DNA from: Terriglobia bacterium
Lineage (GTDB): Bacteria > Acidobacteriota > Terriglobia > 20CM-2-55-15
Length of the DNA stretch: 64,000 nucleotides
Assembly (NCBI GenBank): GCA_965218585.1
Contig: CBDCLE010000003.1
Span: 160,001 to 224,000 of the forward strand
Reading direction: 5' to 3'
Positions 49,741 to 60,018 of this stretch are shown here, in pieces. A program made the translations under genes and the position numbers. Each line of letters starts with the position of its first letter. The first letter of the stretch is position 1. Below the pieces are notes generated by a model. That model was not told the origin of the DNA. It did no database searches and was given only the letters and a program-made list of their open reading frames with translations.

Positions 49741-51105
49741 GAGGTCGTTCCAATCGGTGTGTAAAAAGAGAAGGCGGTGTACGCTTTCGGTGAATTCGAA
49801 ACCGTAAGCAATCCCGGCAGCAATCGGGAGAAAGGTACACCACCCATGAAGAAGAAGAACATACCGGCATCAGTGGCGTCAACGAACGCGTATGAAGGTT
49901 TGGAGGACTGGGCGCGATCCCGGGTCCAAGTCTGGCTACAGGAGCTGCTCGAGGACGAAGTCACTCAATTTCTGGGTCGGGAAAAGTCGGAGCGGAGTCC
50001 GAATCGACGAGGATACCGGAACGGTCACGGGAAGCCGCGACGATTCGCAATGATGAACGGTACGATGGAGGTTCGACGACCTCGGGTTCGAAACACCGCC
50101 GAGCGGTTCGAGAGTCAGATCCTGCCGTATTTTCGACGGAAATCGAAACAGCTGGGCGAGCTACTTCCCGATCTCTACCTCCACGGTCTGGCCACAGGGG
50201 ACTTCGAGCAGGCCATGCGCGGACTGCTTGGCGCTGGCGCTCCGTTGTCGCGAGCATCGATCCAACGACTGAAATCGACCTGGCAGTTGGAGTATGACGA
50301 GTGGGTCCAGCAGGACCTGTCCGGCCTCGAGGTCGTGTACCAGTGGGCAGACGGCTTGTACGTGAAAGCGGGGATCGCGAAAGAGCGAGCGGCATTGCTG
50401 GTGATCATCGGAGCCTTGCCAGACGGGCGCAAAGTGCTGTTGGCCTGTGAGAGCGGGCAGCGGGAAAGCAAGGAGTCCTGGAGCCGCATTCTGCGCAATC
50501 TCCAGAGACGGGGCCTGAAGCTGGGACGGCTGACTGTCGCGGACGGTCACCTGGGCATCTGGTCCGCGCTGGCCGAGCAACAGCCCCAGGGCCAGGAACA
50601 ACGCTGCTGGAACCACAAGTCGATCAACGTGGTCGATCATCTGCCGAAGACCGAGCAGCCCGCGGCCAGACAGCTGCTTCATGGGATGGCCTTCGCGAAC
50701 TCCCGCGCGGCCTGCGAACGAAAGCGGGATCAGTTCGTCCGCCGATATGAGAAGAACTATCCCAAAGCGGGTGAGACGCTGTTGCGGGACTGGGACCGGA
50801 TGATTACTTTCTATGAGTTCCCGAAACAACACTGGGTGCATCTGAGAACGACCAACATCGTCGAATCGCCCTTCGACATGGTTCGCCTCCGCACCAACGC
50901 CGCTCGCCGATTCAAGCGTGTCGAGAATGCAACGGCAATGATCTGGAAGCTACTACGTGTCGCTGAGAAGGCTTGGCGACACTTAAAAGGATCCGAACTC
51001 TTACAAGAGGTCTATGATGGTCAGCAATTCGCTGACGGCATCAGAGTCGTGATGAAATCGAAGGCCGCCGCCTGATGACTTTTACACACCTTTTGTAATG
51101 ACCTC
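49741..51105 (+). mobile_element. IS256-family insertion sequence, copy 2 (1365 bp)
   Basis: Same IRs as 11320-12684. 8-bp duplication GATTTGCC. Confidence 0.93.
49846..51075 (+). CDS. IS256-family transposase
   Basis: Near-identical to 11425-12654 (3 amino-acid differences seen). Confidence 0.93.
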   Translation: MKKKNIPASVASTNAYEGLEDWARSRVQVWLQELLEDEVTQFLGREKSERSPNRRGYRNGHGKPRRFAMMNGTMEVRRPRVRNTAERFESQILPYFRRKSKQLGELLPDLYLHGLATGDFEQAMRGLLGAGAPLSRASIQRLKSTWQLEYDEWVQQDLSGLEVVYQWADGLYVKAGIAKERAALLVIIGALPDGRKVLLACESGQRESKESWSRILRNLQRRGLKLGRLTVADGHLGIWSALAEQQPQGQEQRCWNHKSINVVDHLPKTEQPAARQLLHGMAFANSRAACERKRDQFVRRYEKNYPKAGETLLRDWDRMITFYEFPKQHWVHLRTTNIVESPFDMVRLRTNAARRFKRVENATAMIWKLLRVAEKAWRHLKGSELLQEVYDGQQFADGIRVVMKSKAAA

Positions 51106-51424
51106 GATTTGCCGGGATGTATCGCTACCGGTTCGACTGTGGAAGAAACCAAGGAGCGAATCAGGGAAGCCGTTCAACTGCACCTTGAAGGTCTCAGGGA
51201 GGATGGCGATCAAGTTCCTGCGCCTACCACAGTTTGTGATTGGGTCGAGGTTGCGTAACTTTCGGTTCTAGTCGGCGACGCCTGGCGTTTTCCTCCTTCC
51301 CCCCCCCGTCGCGATTCTGCCTTAAGGGCTCTTGAAACCTCAGCAAAAGGATCCTGGTGAGCTAATTCCGGCTGATGATCGTGATATCTTGTGGTCTGCT
51401 TGAATCACCGGAAAAGGAGTCCTG

Positions 51425-52129
51425 ATGTCGTCTAATCTTCGTCTATTGCTTCTGCTGTGTCTGGCTTGCGCACTGACAGCCTGTAACGCCGCTCCCTCTG
51501 AGGCCGTCGCCCAATCAGCGGCTGGTGCTCCTGAAACCGACGACGAGAAAACGCTCTATGCGCTCGGACTGATACTGGGTCAGAACATTGAGAACGCCAA
51601 TCTATCCGAAGACGAAATGGTGTTTGTAAGAATGGGATTGAACGACATAGCTCTGGGGCGCGAAGCCCAGGTCGAGCTTGAAGAGTACGGTCCGATGATC
51701 CAGGGTTTCATGGATGGGCGTGTTGAGGCCGCTTCGGCAGCTGAACTGACCGAGGCCACAGCTTTCGTCGAGGAGCAGGCTGCACTCGAAGGAGCCGTTC
51801 GGACCGATTCGGGATTGATCATCCAGGAGATGACCCCCGGCAACGGCGCCACTCCCACGGCTGCCGACACCGTCACCGTTCATTACCACGGCACTCTGAG
51901 AGACGGGACGGTCTTCGACAGTTCGGTAGACCGCGGTGAACCGGCGACGTTTCCTTTAGGTCAGGTCATTCCGTGCTGGACCGAAGGCGTGCAGCTGATC
52001 CAGCTGGGAGGCAAGAGCCGCCTGGTCTGTCCTCCAGACCTGGCGTACGGTCCCGTTGGGCCTCCGGGAATCCCGGGAAATGCCGCTCTGGTGTTTGAAG
52101 TCGAGCTGTTGGAAATCGGTGGGCAGTAA
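51425..52129 (+). CDS. FKBP-type peptidyl-prolyl isomerase (FkpA/Mip-like lipoprotein)
   Basis: Lipobox LTAC, VTVHYHGTLRDGTVFDSS, VIPCWTEG and LVFEVELL. Confidence 0.93.
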   Translation: MSSNLRLLLLLCLACALTACNAAPSEAVAQSAAGAPETDDEKTLYALGLILGQNIENANLSEDEMVFVRMGLNDIALGREAQVELEEYGPMIQGFMDGRVEAASAAELTEATAFVEEQAALEGAVRTDSGLIIQEMTPGNGATPTAADTVTVHYHGTLRDGTVFDSSVDRGEPATFPLGQVIPCWTEGVQLIQLGGKSRLVCPPDLAYGPVGPPGIPGNAALVFEVELLEIGGQ

Positions 52130-52132
52130 GCT

Positions 52133-52340
52133 CTATAGCAAGGCTATGAACGTTGCTGCTTCATCCCGCTCGAACTCCAAGATTTTTTCTCGCCTTTGTT
52201 TAACGAGGGATAGTACGTCCGCTGTCGAACTGTTCCCCCGACGAATCCAAACCACCTTGGGCGGATGACCGAATAAAAAGCTGAGTTGACGGAAATCGGA
52301 GTCTTTCGAGAGGATCACGAATCCGCTTTCCCTGGCATGA
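52133..52340 (-). pseudogene. DUF5615 PIN-like toxin, C-terminal fragment
   Basis: HARESGFVILSKDSDFRQLS...GHPPKVVWIRRGNSST. The N-terminal LLDENL motif and the partner gene are missing. Confidence 0.75.
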
Positions 52341-52421
52341 GGAGTTATAGGCAATCAAAGTCTAGAGGCGAATCCGGCCTCGCCACTGCCGCGTGATAAA
52401 CTGAACCTGCCTTTTGCGATC

Positions 52422-52781
52422 ATGAACGAGAAACTTTTGATGATTCCTCACGAAATTCAGAAGGCCATGCAATTCCTCCTCGAGCAAGGGGCCGCTGCCG
52501 ACGCGCGCCAGCAAGAGACACAGGTGCAGATTAACGAGTTGGTCGAACAGAACAAGGTGTTGTCAAGCAAGATGGATAGGCTGTCGTTTACGGTCCATGG
52601 GTTGACGGGCGAGACGAGTAGGCTGTGGTCCGAGATGAACAGTCGCGACTAACGCCTCTCCGCCAAATTCGATAAGCTGTTTGAAGGCCTTCAGTTGCTC
52701 AGAGATTCCTGCCGGAACCTGGTCGATCACGCCCGATTGACCGACGCCCGGCTCGCGCGACTCGAACAGTCGGAAACCTAG
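52422..52781 (+). pseudogene. Small coiled-coil hypothetical protein with in-frame TAA at 52650-52652
   Basis: EIQKAMQFLLEQ... The frame continues past the stop as RLSAKFDKLFEGLQ...DARLARLEQSET*. Confidence 0.55.
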
Positions 52782-52789
52782 CAAAAGGT

Positions 52790-52859
52790 GGGGACAGAGC
52801 ACTCTTTTTGGCGAGAGTGTTCTCATTTCTCGTAGCCCCAAAAAGAGTGCCCTGTCCCC
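52790..52859. repeat. GGGGACAG-type long inverted repeat
   Basis: GGGGACAGAGCACTCTTTTTGG ... CCAAAAAGAGTGCCCTGTCCCC (21/22 complementary). Confidence 0.75.
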
Positions 52860-53041
52860 GTTTTTACAAAGGCAATCTCACCCGTTCCCTGAGTTCCTCA
52901 GTCCAGTTCAGGACGATATTCGCCTAGAAGGTCGCCTTGTTTCACACTAGAATGGGCACCGTACGGGGTGACCCGTTTGTATGTCTGACCGCGGGTCCGC
53001 CAGCGCTCCGCCTACATATGCTCAAGGGGGTTCAGAATCAT

Positions 53042-54598
53042 ATGACAAAATCGTATTGGAGCCTGACTATCGTCGTTGCTCTTTTCCTTGTCCCGTTGTC
53101 CGCTACGGCGCAAGAACCGGTGTATTGGGATGTCATCGACCGTATTCGGAGTGAGGGTTTTGACAACTCGGAGGTCATGGACAACGCCGGCTACCTGGCC
53201 GATGTGATCGGTCCACGTTTTACCGGATCGCCCAACATGCGGCAGGCCCAGGAGTGGGCGTTGGAGCGCATGGCGGAGTTCGGGTTGTCTCAGGTGGAGA
53301 AAGAACCGTGGGGTGACGAGACCGTCGGGTGGGAGATCGAGCGCGTTTCCGTTCATATGACCGCGCCCGATTACCAGATGGTGATCGCATACCCGCTCGC
53401 CCTGACCCCGGGAACCGGGGGACCGGTCATCGCAAATGCCGTTATCGCTACGATCCGGACCCCCGAAGATCTGGATCGCTATCGCGGTCGTCTCGATGGT
53501 GCGATAGTGCTGGCCACACCGCCGATGCCGACGAGTCCCCGCTTCGTACAGGACGCGTTCCGGCACACTGAGGAATCGCTGGGCGTCTTTCGGACAGAGG
53601 GGACTGACCTCCTCATCAACCGCTATGCACGGGGTCAGCTCGAGCAATCGAACTTCCAGCGCGAGGGAATCTCTGCCGCCGAAGTAGAGGCATTCTACAA
53701 GTCGGAAGGGGTCGAAGTGGTGTTGACGGCAAGTATCGGGAGCGATGGGACCGTGTTCGCGACCGGGCATCCTACGACGCGCAACGACAGGACCCGAGAG
53801 GGAATTGAGAACGTACTTCCGACTCTCGCTGTTGCCACTGAACACTACAACCGCATCTACCGGATCTTAGAGCGCGGCATAGATGTGACCATGGACGTCG
53901 AAGTCCGGGTCGCGTTCGACGAATCGGATCCGAGGGGATACAACGTCATCGCCGAGATTCCCGGAAGTGACCTGGCCGATGAGGTGGTGATGATCGGGGC
54001 ACACCTGGATTCCTGGCACGCCGGGACCGGTGCCACCGACAATGCGAGCGGCATTTCCGTCGTGCTCGAGGCGATGCGGATCCTCGGAGCCATCGACGCC
54101 CGTCCGCGGAGAACGATTCGGGTGGCGCTGTGGAGTCAGGAAGAGCTGGGTCACAGCGGTTCGCTGGGCTATATCAGAAACCACTTCGGGAGTCCCGAAG
54201 AAGGCACTATGCTCGACTACGAGCGTTTTTCCGTCTACTTCAACATGGATAACGGTACGGGCCAGTTCCGCGGCGTGCATATACAAGGCAATACGCCGGC
54301 CACGCCCATCCTCGAGGCCTGGATGAGACCGTTCCATGATCTTGAAATGGAAACGATCTCCCAGTTCAGCAACATGGGAACGGATCATCTCTCCTTCCTC
54401 AAGTCCGGATTGCCTGGGTTCCAGTTTCTTCAGGACCGAATCGACTATCGGGCCAGAAGTCACCATTTCAACATGGACACCTTCGACCGGCTCCTGCCCA
54501 GGGACCTGATGATCAATTCGGTCGTTATGGCGAGCTTCGCGTATCACGCGGCGATGAGGGACGGGACGTTTCCACGCCTCCCTGCATTGGAGCAGTGA
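53042..54598 (+). CDS. Exported M28-family metallopeptidase (carboxypeptidase Q-like)
   Basis: IGPRFTGS, GAHLDSWHAGTGATDNASG, WSQEELG and GTDHLSF. Confidence 0.9.
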   Translation: MTKSYWSLTIVVALFLVPLSATAQEPVYWDVIDRIRSEGFDNSEVMDNAGYLADVIGPRFTGSPNMRQAQEWALERMAEFGLSQVEKEPWGDETVGWEIERVSVHMTAPDYQMVIAYPLALTPGTGGPVIANAVIATIRTPEDLDRYRGRLDGAIVLATPPMPTSPRFVQDAFRHTEESLGVFRTEGTDLLINRYARGQLEQSNFQREGISAAEVEAFYKSEGVEVVLTASIGSDGTVFATGHPTTRNDRTREGIENVLPTLAVATEHYNRIYRILERGIDVTMDVEVRVAFDESDPRGYNVIAEIPGSDLADEVVMIGAHLDSWHAGTGATDNASGISVVLEAMRILGAIDARPRRTIRVALWSQEELGHSGSLGYIRNHFGSPEEGTMLDYERFSVYFNMDNGTGQFRGVHIQGNTPATPILEAWMRPFHDLEMETISQFSNMGTDHLSFLKSGLPGFQFLQDRIDYRARSHHFNMDTFDRLLPRDLMINSVVMASFAYHAAMRDGTFPRLPALEQ

Positions 54599-54761
54599 GC
54601 ACACCGGGCGCTCGGGTCGAGATCCATCAATCTTGTTGACCCCTTCCATGAGTGGTGCCTCGGGAGGGGCCTCAGAGGGTTCTTCGGCCCTTGGCCCTTC
54701 GTCAGCTCTCAGGAATGCCGCTTGAGATGCGTCTCAAACGAACTGAATACTAAGAACAATC

Positions 54762-56393
54762 ATGAGCGACAAACAGGTGGCTTATCAGGTCATCGAAACC
54801 CTGAGGGAAATCGGTGTCAAACACATCTTCGGGGTGCCGAGCGGTGGCTGGATAGACTACCTGGAAGCCATTCGGAATACCGACGGCATAGACTTCATTT
54901 TAACTACGCATGAAGGTGGAGCCGGCTTTATGGCCGATGTTTGCGGCCGGATCACCGGCGTTCCCGGTGTCTGCTTCGGCACGTACGGACCGGGCGCGAC
55001 CAATTTGAGTACGGGCGTGGGAAGCGCTCTTCTGGATCGCTCTCCGATGATTGCCCTGACCGATGAAGTAGTCCCAGCCTTGAGGAATCGTGCGGTCCAG
55101 ATGAATGTGGACCATCAGGCTATATTTCGGCCAATCACCAAGAAGACGACCCGGTTGGAAGCCGGCCGTGTCCGGGAGATCCTGTTCGATGCGGCCGAAG
55201 TCGCCATGTCGGGCCGACGTGGCCCCGTGCATGTGGGCCTCGGGTGGGGCATCGGTTCAGAACCCACTGCAGAAGAAGATGTGACGTTCAAACAGACAGA
55301 ACCCCCTGCTTCGGCTGAGGGTGACACCATCTTGGAAATGAAAAGGTTGTTCGCCCAAGCCAGGAAGCCTGTCCTGGCGCTTGGCCTCCGCTCGACGGAG
55401 GGCAGAGTTTGCCAGCAAGTGTCGGCGATTGCTCGGAAGCTCTCCATACCTGTTGTTCTAACGCCCATGGCCAAGGGCGTGATCCCCGAAGATCATCCCT
55501 GTTATGCCGGGGTGTTGTTTCATGCCTTGAGCGACGTTGTCGGTGTCACACATCAGCAGGCGGACTTGATCGTTGCTGTCGGCTATGACCCAGTAGAGTT
55601 CAACTATGAAGCATGGATTCCTCGCGAAGCGCCTGTCGTCAACATCGACATTCTGCCGATCGACCTCGACAAGAACGCGTATACGTTCGGACTGGATGTC
55701 GTGGGCGACATCGCTTCTTCAGTCAGCGCTCTGGCGGAAACAGAAACCTCGGTCAAGGACTGGGATTTGACGGCATTGGCCAAGCGCCGGGAGGAGATGT
55801 TCGCACGCATGTCTCCCGATGCCGTAACCTTCGGTCCTTGTGCGGCGCTGGATGTTCTCAGGAAAGTACTTCCGGCCGAAGGCATCATGACCTGCGATGT
55901 GGGCGCCCACACTCACCTGATAGGTCAAAAATGGCCCACGCCGAAGCCCGGACTTCAGATCATGACCAACGGCTGGTCGTCGATGGGTTTTGCGATTCCC
56001 GCGGCCATCGCGGCAAAACTCTGCAAGCCCGAACTGGTTGTGTGTGCTGTTTCGGGCGATGGCGGTTTCCTGATGACTGTGGGCGAACTCGCAGTGGCCA
56101 TCAGAGAGAATCTAAAGATCGTCTTCGTGGTGTTAACCGACAACGATCTGGCTCTCATCAGAATCAAACAGGAGAAGAAGAACAATCCGGTGTTCGGGAC
56201 ACCCATTCGTGATGCGGGCACGATCGGAGGCGACAACCTGTTCGGTGTGCCTGTACGGAAAGCTTACAGTCGGGAGGAGTTCAGAGAAACACTCAAGGCA
56301 GCATTCGCTGCCGAGGGGCCTTCAATCGTTGAGGCCATTGTAAATAGTCGCGAGTATGACGGACTCGTCCTGAAGCAGCACCGACCGCGGTAG
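54762..56393 (+). CDS. Thiamine-pyrophosphate-dependent enzyme (acetolactate synthase-like)
   Basis: FGVP, HEGGAGFMA, GPGATNL, SMGFAIPAAIAAKL and GDGGFLM. Confidence 0.9.
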   Translation: MSDKQVAYQVIETLREIGVKHIFGVPSGGWIDYLEAIRNTDGIDFILTTHEGGAGFMADVCGRITGVPGVCFGTYGPGATNLSTGVGSALLDRSPMIALTDEVVPALRNRAVQMNVDHQAIFRPITKKTTRLEAGRVREILFDAAEVAMSGRRGPVHVGLGWGIGSEPTAEEDVTFKQTEPPASAEGDTILEMKRLFAQARKPVLALGLRSTEGRVCQQVSAIARKLSIPVVLTPMAKGVIPEDHPCYAGVLFHALSDVVGVTHQQADLIVAVGYDPVEFNYEAWIPREAPVVNIDILPIDLDKNAYTFGLDVVGDIASSVSALAETETSVKDWDLTALAKRREEMFARMSPDAVTFGPCAALDVLRKVLPAEGIMTCDVGAHTHLIGQKWPTPKPGLQIMTNGWSSMGFAIPAAIAAKLCKPELVVCAVSGDGGFLMTVGELAVAIRENLKIVFVVLTDNDLALIRIKQEKKNNPVFGTPIRDAGTIGGDNLFGVPVRKAYSREEFRETLKAAFAAEGPSIVEAIVNSREYDGLVLKQHRPR

Positions 56394-56425
56394 GGGCGAC
56401 TGAAGAGGCAAGAATCGGGAGACAC

Positions 56426-56458
56426 CACAATGCCCCGCGGCTGGGGCAGGGCATTGTG
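56426..56458. terminator. Hairpin between convergent genes (putative terminator)
   Basis: 10-bp stem CACAATGCCC...GGGCATTGTG. No clear U-tract. Confidence 0.5.
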
Positions 56459-56470
56459 ACCGTCCATGTT

Positions 56471-56959
56471 TTACTCGGGATTGATCAACCCGTAATCCCA
56501 GTGCTCGTCGATCAGATTGTTCTCGACTCGGAACATGTCGAACCACGTTGTCGAGTACATCTGACCCGGCATCCGTGGATTATCGAACTCACGCTTGAAC
56601 GCCATGATCACCATGTCGTCTTCGGCGAAGATCGTGACCAGGTCCGGAACCGTCGCCTGAGTCTCGCCGGGCTCCCGGTTCCCGCCGCCCATCGCCCGCA
56701 CGAACGGCTCGAGGCCGGACGCTACGCTCGGATTGTGCTGGATGTAACGGTCGGAAACGTACTCCGCAGTCCTGTCCAGGTTGCCGGCCCTGAGGACTAT
56801 CCGCCAGAAGTCGTAGACAAGCTTCTTATTCGCCGCCAGCTGCGGATCGTCACTCTCGAGCAATGCCTGTTGATTCATATCCACCATAACGGGAGCCTGC
56901 GCGAAGGCCGGCGTTGCGACCGCTACGGCTATCAATAGAAAGAGTAGCTTCCTCATCAT
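56471..56959 (-). CDS. Exported SnoaL/NTF2-like protein
   Basis: ANKKLVYDFWR, YIQHNP and WFDMFRVENNLIDEHWD. Confidence 0.88.
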   Translation of the reverse strand: MMRKLLFLLIAVAVATPAFAQAPVMVDMNQQALLESDDPQLAANKKLVYDFWRIVLRAGNLDRTAEYVSDRYIQHNPSVASGLEPFVRAMGGGNREPGETQATVPDLVTIFAEDDMVIMAFKREFDNPRMPGQMYSTTWFDMFRVENNLIDEHWDYGLINPE

Positions 56960-57000
56960 GTGTCCTTTCTCCTTATCTTGTTGTCTCTTGGTGATAGTGG

Positions 57001-57057
57001 CCCTAACAGAGGTATCACGAGCGGCGTTCGGAGCGCAATGGCATCGGATTGTTAGGT
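57001..57057 (-). other. Solitary attC-like site (degenerate)
   Basis: Minus strand ACCTAAC-AATCC-GATGCCA...GTGAT-ACCTCT-GTTAGGG, 57 bp, directly after the hutU stop. Confidence 0.35.
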
Positions 57058-57059
57058 CC

Positions 57060-58730
57060 CTATAGCGATATGCCTGGCAGGTTCAGACCCGCTTCCTTTG
57101 CATATTCCCTGGCAGCCTCGTAGCCTGCATCCGCGTGGCGCATGACGCCGCTGGCCGGGTCGTTCCAGAGCACTCGCCCGATGCGCCTGGCGGCATCGTC
57201 TGTTCCGTCGCAGACGATCACCATTCCGGCGTGCTGCGAATAGCCCATGCCGACGCCCCCACCGTGGTGGATGGATACCCATGTCGCACCGCCGGCGGTG
57301 TTCAAGAGCGCGTTCAGCAGGGGCCAGTCCGCCACAGCGTCGGATCCATCGCGCATGGCTTCGGTCTCCCGATTGGGACTGGCAACGGAGCCGGCATCCA
57401 GGTGGTCACGGCCGATCACTATGGGTGCACTCAGCTCACCTGTCTTGACCATCTCGTTGAACGCCAGGCCAAGACGATCTCGATCACCCAGACCCACCCA
57501 GCAAATACGTGCCGGCAATCCCTGGAAGGCAATACGCTCCCTCGCCATATCGAGCCATCTGTGCAGATCCGGATCGTCGGGGATGAGCTCTTTGACCTTC
57601 TCGTCGGTCCGATAAATGTCTTCGGGGTCACCGGACAAGGCGACCCAGCGGAAGGGCCCCTTCCCTCTGCAGAACAAGGGACGAATGCAGGCAGGCACGA
57701 ATCCCGGAAAGTCGAATGCATTCCGGACACCCGCGTCCTTGGCCTCCTGGCGAATGTTGTTTCCGTAGTCGATAGTTGGAATCCCCCGTTGATGGAAATC
57801 GAGCATCGCGCGTACGTGCACCGCCATGGATTCCCGCGCCGCCCGCGCGACCTTGGAGGGCTCGGACTGCGCCTCCGCGCGCCATTGCTCAACCGTCCAA
57901 CCCAGGGGCAGGTAGCCGTTTACTGGATCATGGGCGGAAGTCTGATCGGTGACCACGTCAGGCCTCACGCCGCGAGTGACGAGCTCGGGGAGGACCTCGG
58001 CGGCGTTGCCAACTAGCGCAACCGATACCGTTTCGCCGTTGACGCCCGCATCCTCGATCATCGCCAAGGCTTCGTCCAGGTGCGCGGTCTTCTGGTCTAC
58101 ATAACGGGTACGCAGGCGAAAGTCGATACGCGTCTCATCACATTCGACGACGAGCATGCTGAACCCCGCCATGACCGCCGCCAGAGGTTGCGCACCGCCC
58201 ATGCCACCCAAACCTGCCGTCAGAATCCATTTACCCTTGGGATCGCCCCCGTAGTGCTGCCTTGCCAGTTCGTTGAAGGTTTCGTGAGTGCCCTGAACGA
58301 TGCCCTGGCTGCCGATGTAGATCCATGAACCGGCCGTCATCTGGCCATACATCATGAGCCCCTTCTTATCCAGTTCGTTGAAGTGCTCCCAGGTCGCCCA
58401 CCTATGGACCAGGTTAGAGTTCGCGATCAGCACTCGAGGTGCATCCGGGTGAGTCTTGAAAACGCCAACGGGCTTGCCTGACTGAATCAGCAGGCTCTCA
58501 TCGTCGCCAAGCACCTTGAGCGCGTCGCAGATCTGATCGAAGCACGTCCAGTTACGCGCAGCGCGACCAATCCCGCCATAGACGACCAACTCTTCCGGGC
58601 GCTCCGCAACGTCCGGATCGAGGTTGTTGTGCAACATGCGATAGGCGGCTTCGGTGAGCCAGTTCCTGCAGTTCAACGCTGTGCCACGTGGTGCCCGGAG
58701 CACCCGGTTCGAGGTTCTCTCGTCGCTCAT
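57060..58730 (-). CDS. hutU: Urocanate hydratase
   Basis: [32 protein letters not shown] and TDQTSAHD. Confidence 0.98.
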   Translation of the reverse strand: MSDERTSNRVLRAPRGTALNCRNWLTEAAYRMLHNNLDPDVAERPEELVVYGGIGRAARNWTCFDQICDALKVLGDDESLLIQSGKPVGVFKTHPDAPRVLIANSNLVHRWATWEHFNELDKKGLMMYGQMTAGSWIYIGSQGIVQGTHETFNELARQHYGGDPKGKWILTAGLGGMGGAQPLAAVMAGFSMLVVECDETRIDFRLRTRYVDQKTAHLDEALAMIEDAGVNGETVSVALVGNAAEVLPELVTRGVRPDVVTDQTSAHDPVNGYLPLGWTVEQWRAEAQSEPSKVARAARESMAVHVRAMLDFHQRGIPTIDYGNNIRQEAKDAGVRNAFDFPGFVPACIRPLFCRGKGPFRWVALSGDPEDIYRTDEKVKELIPDDPDLHRWLDMARERIAFQGLPARICWVGLGDRDRLGLAFNEMVKTGELSAPIVIGRDHLDAGSVASPNRETEAMRDGSDAVADWPLLNALLNTAGGATWVSIHHGGGVGMGYSQHAGMVIVCDGTDDAARRIGRVLWNDPASGVMRHADAGYEAAREYAKEAGLNLPGISL

Positions 58731-59953
58731 CTTTCTAAACCTCCATACATGACCGTTTCACACAGATCCTCGCCGACCCGGTAACTCAATTCCGCCGGTT
58801 CGTGGACCCTCCATAGAGCCAGATCAGCCCTCTTTCCCACCTCGATAGTGCCAATCCGATCGCCGAATCCCAGCGCTTTGGCCGCGTTCCGGGTAACGCC
58901 GGCCAGGGCCTCTTCAGGTGTCATTCCGAACAGAGTGCAAGCCATGTTCAGGATCAGGAGGAGCGAGGTGATCGGAGAGCTGCCCGGATTGCAATCCGTG
59001 GCCAGTGCGATGGGTACGCGATGTCGACCGAGGGCTTCAATCGGCGGAAGCTGGTTCTCGCGCAGCGTGTAAAACGCGCCCGGCAGCAAGACGGCGGTCG
59101 TCCCTTGGGCTGCCAGCACTTCAACATCGGTTTCGTCCAGATACTCCAGATGATCCACCGACAGCGCGCCGTGCCTGGCCGCAAGCGCTGCTCCATGCAG
59201 ATTGCTGAATTGCTCTGCGTGTAGCTTGATAGGTAGATTGAGCTCGCCCGCTGCCTCGAATACGCGTTCGACTTGCGCCGGGGTGAAGGCCACGTCCTCG
59301 CAGTAGGCATCGACGGCATCACCCAGGTGGCTCTCGGCCACTGCCGGCAGCATTTCCGTGTTCACCAGATCGATGTAGTCGTCACTGCGGCCAGCGTACT
59401 CCGGCGGCAGGGCGTGGGCGCCCAGAAAAGTCTTCTTCACCGTCACGGGCTGATCCTCGCCCAGACGTTTTGCGACGCGAAGCATCTTCAGCTCGCTTTC
59501 CGTATTGAGACCATAGCCGGACTTGATTTCGACGGTTGTCACGCCATCGGCCATCAAGGATAGGATGCGCCCCAGCGCCTGGGCGTACAGATCGTCTGCA
59601 CTGGCCAAACGCGTCGCCCGCACTGTGGCGTTGATGCCTCCACCGGCACGAGCGATCTGTTCATAGCTGGCTCCGTTCAACCGGCTTTCAAACTCTCTGG
59701 CACGGTTTCCGCCGTATACGATGTGTGTGTGGCAATCGATGAGACCGGGGGTGACGAGCCGCTCCTCGCAATCGAGGATCTCCTTCGAGGAGGTTATGGC
59801 ATCGGGCCTTAGGTCAGCCGAGTCCCCCACCCATGCGATCTCGCCCTCTTTCACCGCTACGGCCCCCGACTCGATCAAGCCGTAGGCGGTAGGGTCAGCC
59901 ACCATGGTGGCAACCCGGGCATTCGTCCACAATGTGTCCCAACCTGACGCCAT
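58727..59953 (-). CDS. hutI: Imidazolonepropionase
   Basis: [23 protein letters not shown] and [10 protein letters not shown]. Confidence 0.97.
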   Translation of the reverse strand: MASGWDTLWTNARVATMVADPTAYGLIESGAVAVKEGEIAWVGDSADLRPDAITSSKEILDCEERLVTPGLIDCHTHIVYGGNRAREFESRLNGASYEQIARAGGGINATVRATRLASADDLYAQALGRILSLMADGVTTVEIKSGYGLNTESELKMLRVAKRLGEDQPVTVKKTFLGAHALPPEYAGRSDDYIDLVNTEMLPAVAESHLGDAVDAYCEDVAFTPAQVERVFEAAGELNLPIKLHAEQFSNLHGAALAARHGALSVDHLEYLDETDVEVLAAQGTTAVLLPGAFYTLRENQLPPIEALGRHRVPIALATDCNPGSSPITSLLLILNMACTLFGMTPEEALAGVTRNAAKALGFGDRIGTIEVGKRADLALWRVHEPAELSYRVGEDLCETVMYGGLER

Positions 59954-59995
59954 CAGCTCCTATCCGCAGGGTCTTGCGTTCGGGTTGCGCACCCA

Positions 59996-60005
59996 TGTAT
60001 ATACA
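59996..60005. promoter_or_regulatory. HutC-type operator
   Basis: TGTATATACA palindrome (TGTA-N2-TACA) between divergent hutI and hutF. Confidence 0.75.
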
Positions 60006-60018
60006 AGACGAGATACCT

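Larger units (their letters stand above)
49667..51258 (+). pseudogene. hicB: HicB antitoxin split by IS256
   Basis: Removing the IS restores MNFVKYGIVIESGERNCSAYVPDLPGCIATGSTVEETKERIREAVQLHLEGLREDGDQVPAP...VEVA*. Confidence 0.92.

Noticed and set aside
51252-51285. attC left-half-like GCGTAACTTTCGGTTCTAG after hicB
   Set aside because: No matching right half.
54700-54715. CTCTCAGG as part of a glycine riboswitch
   Set aside because: The GGAGA and CCGAAG elements and the aptamer architecture are absent.
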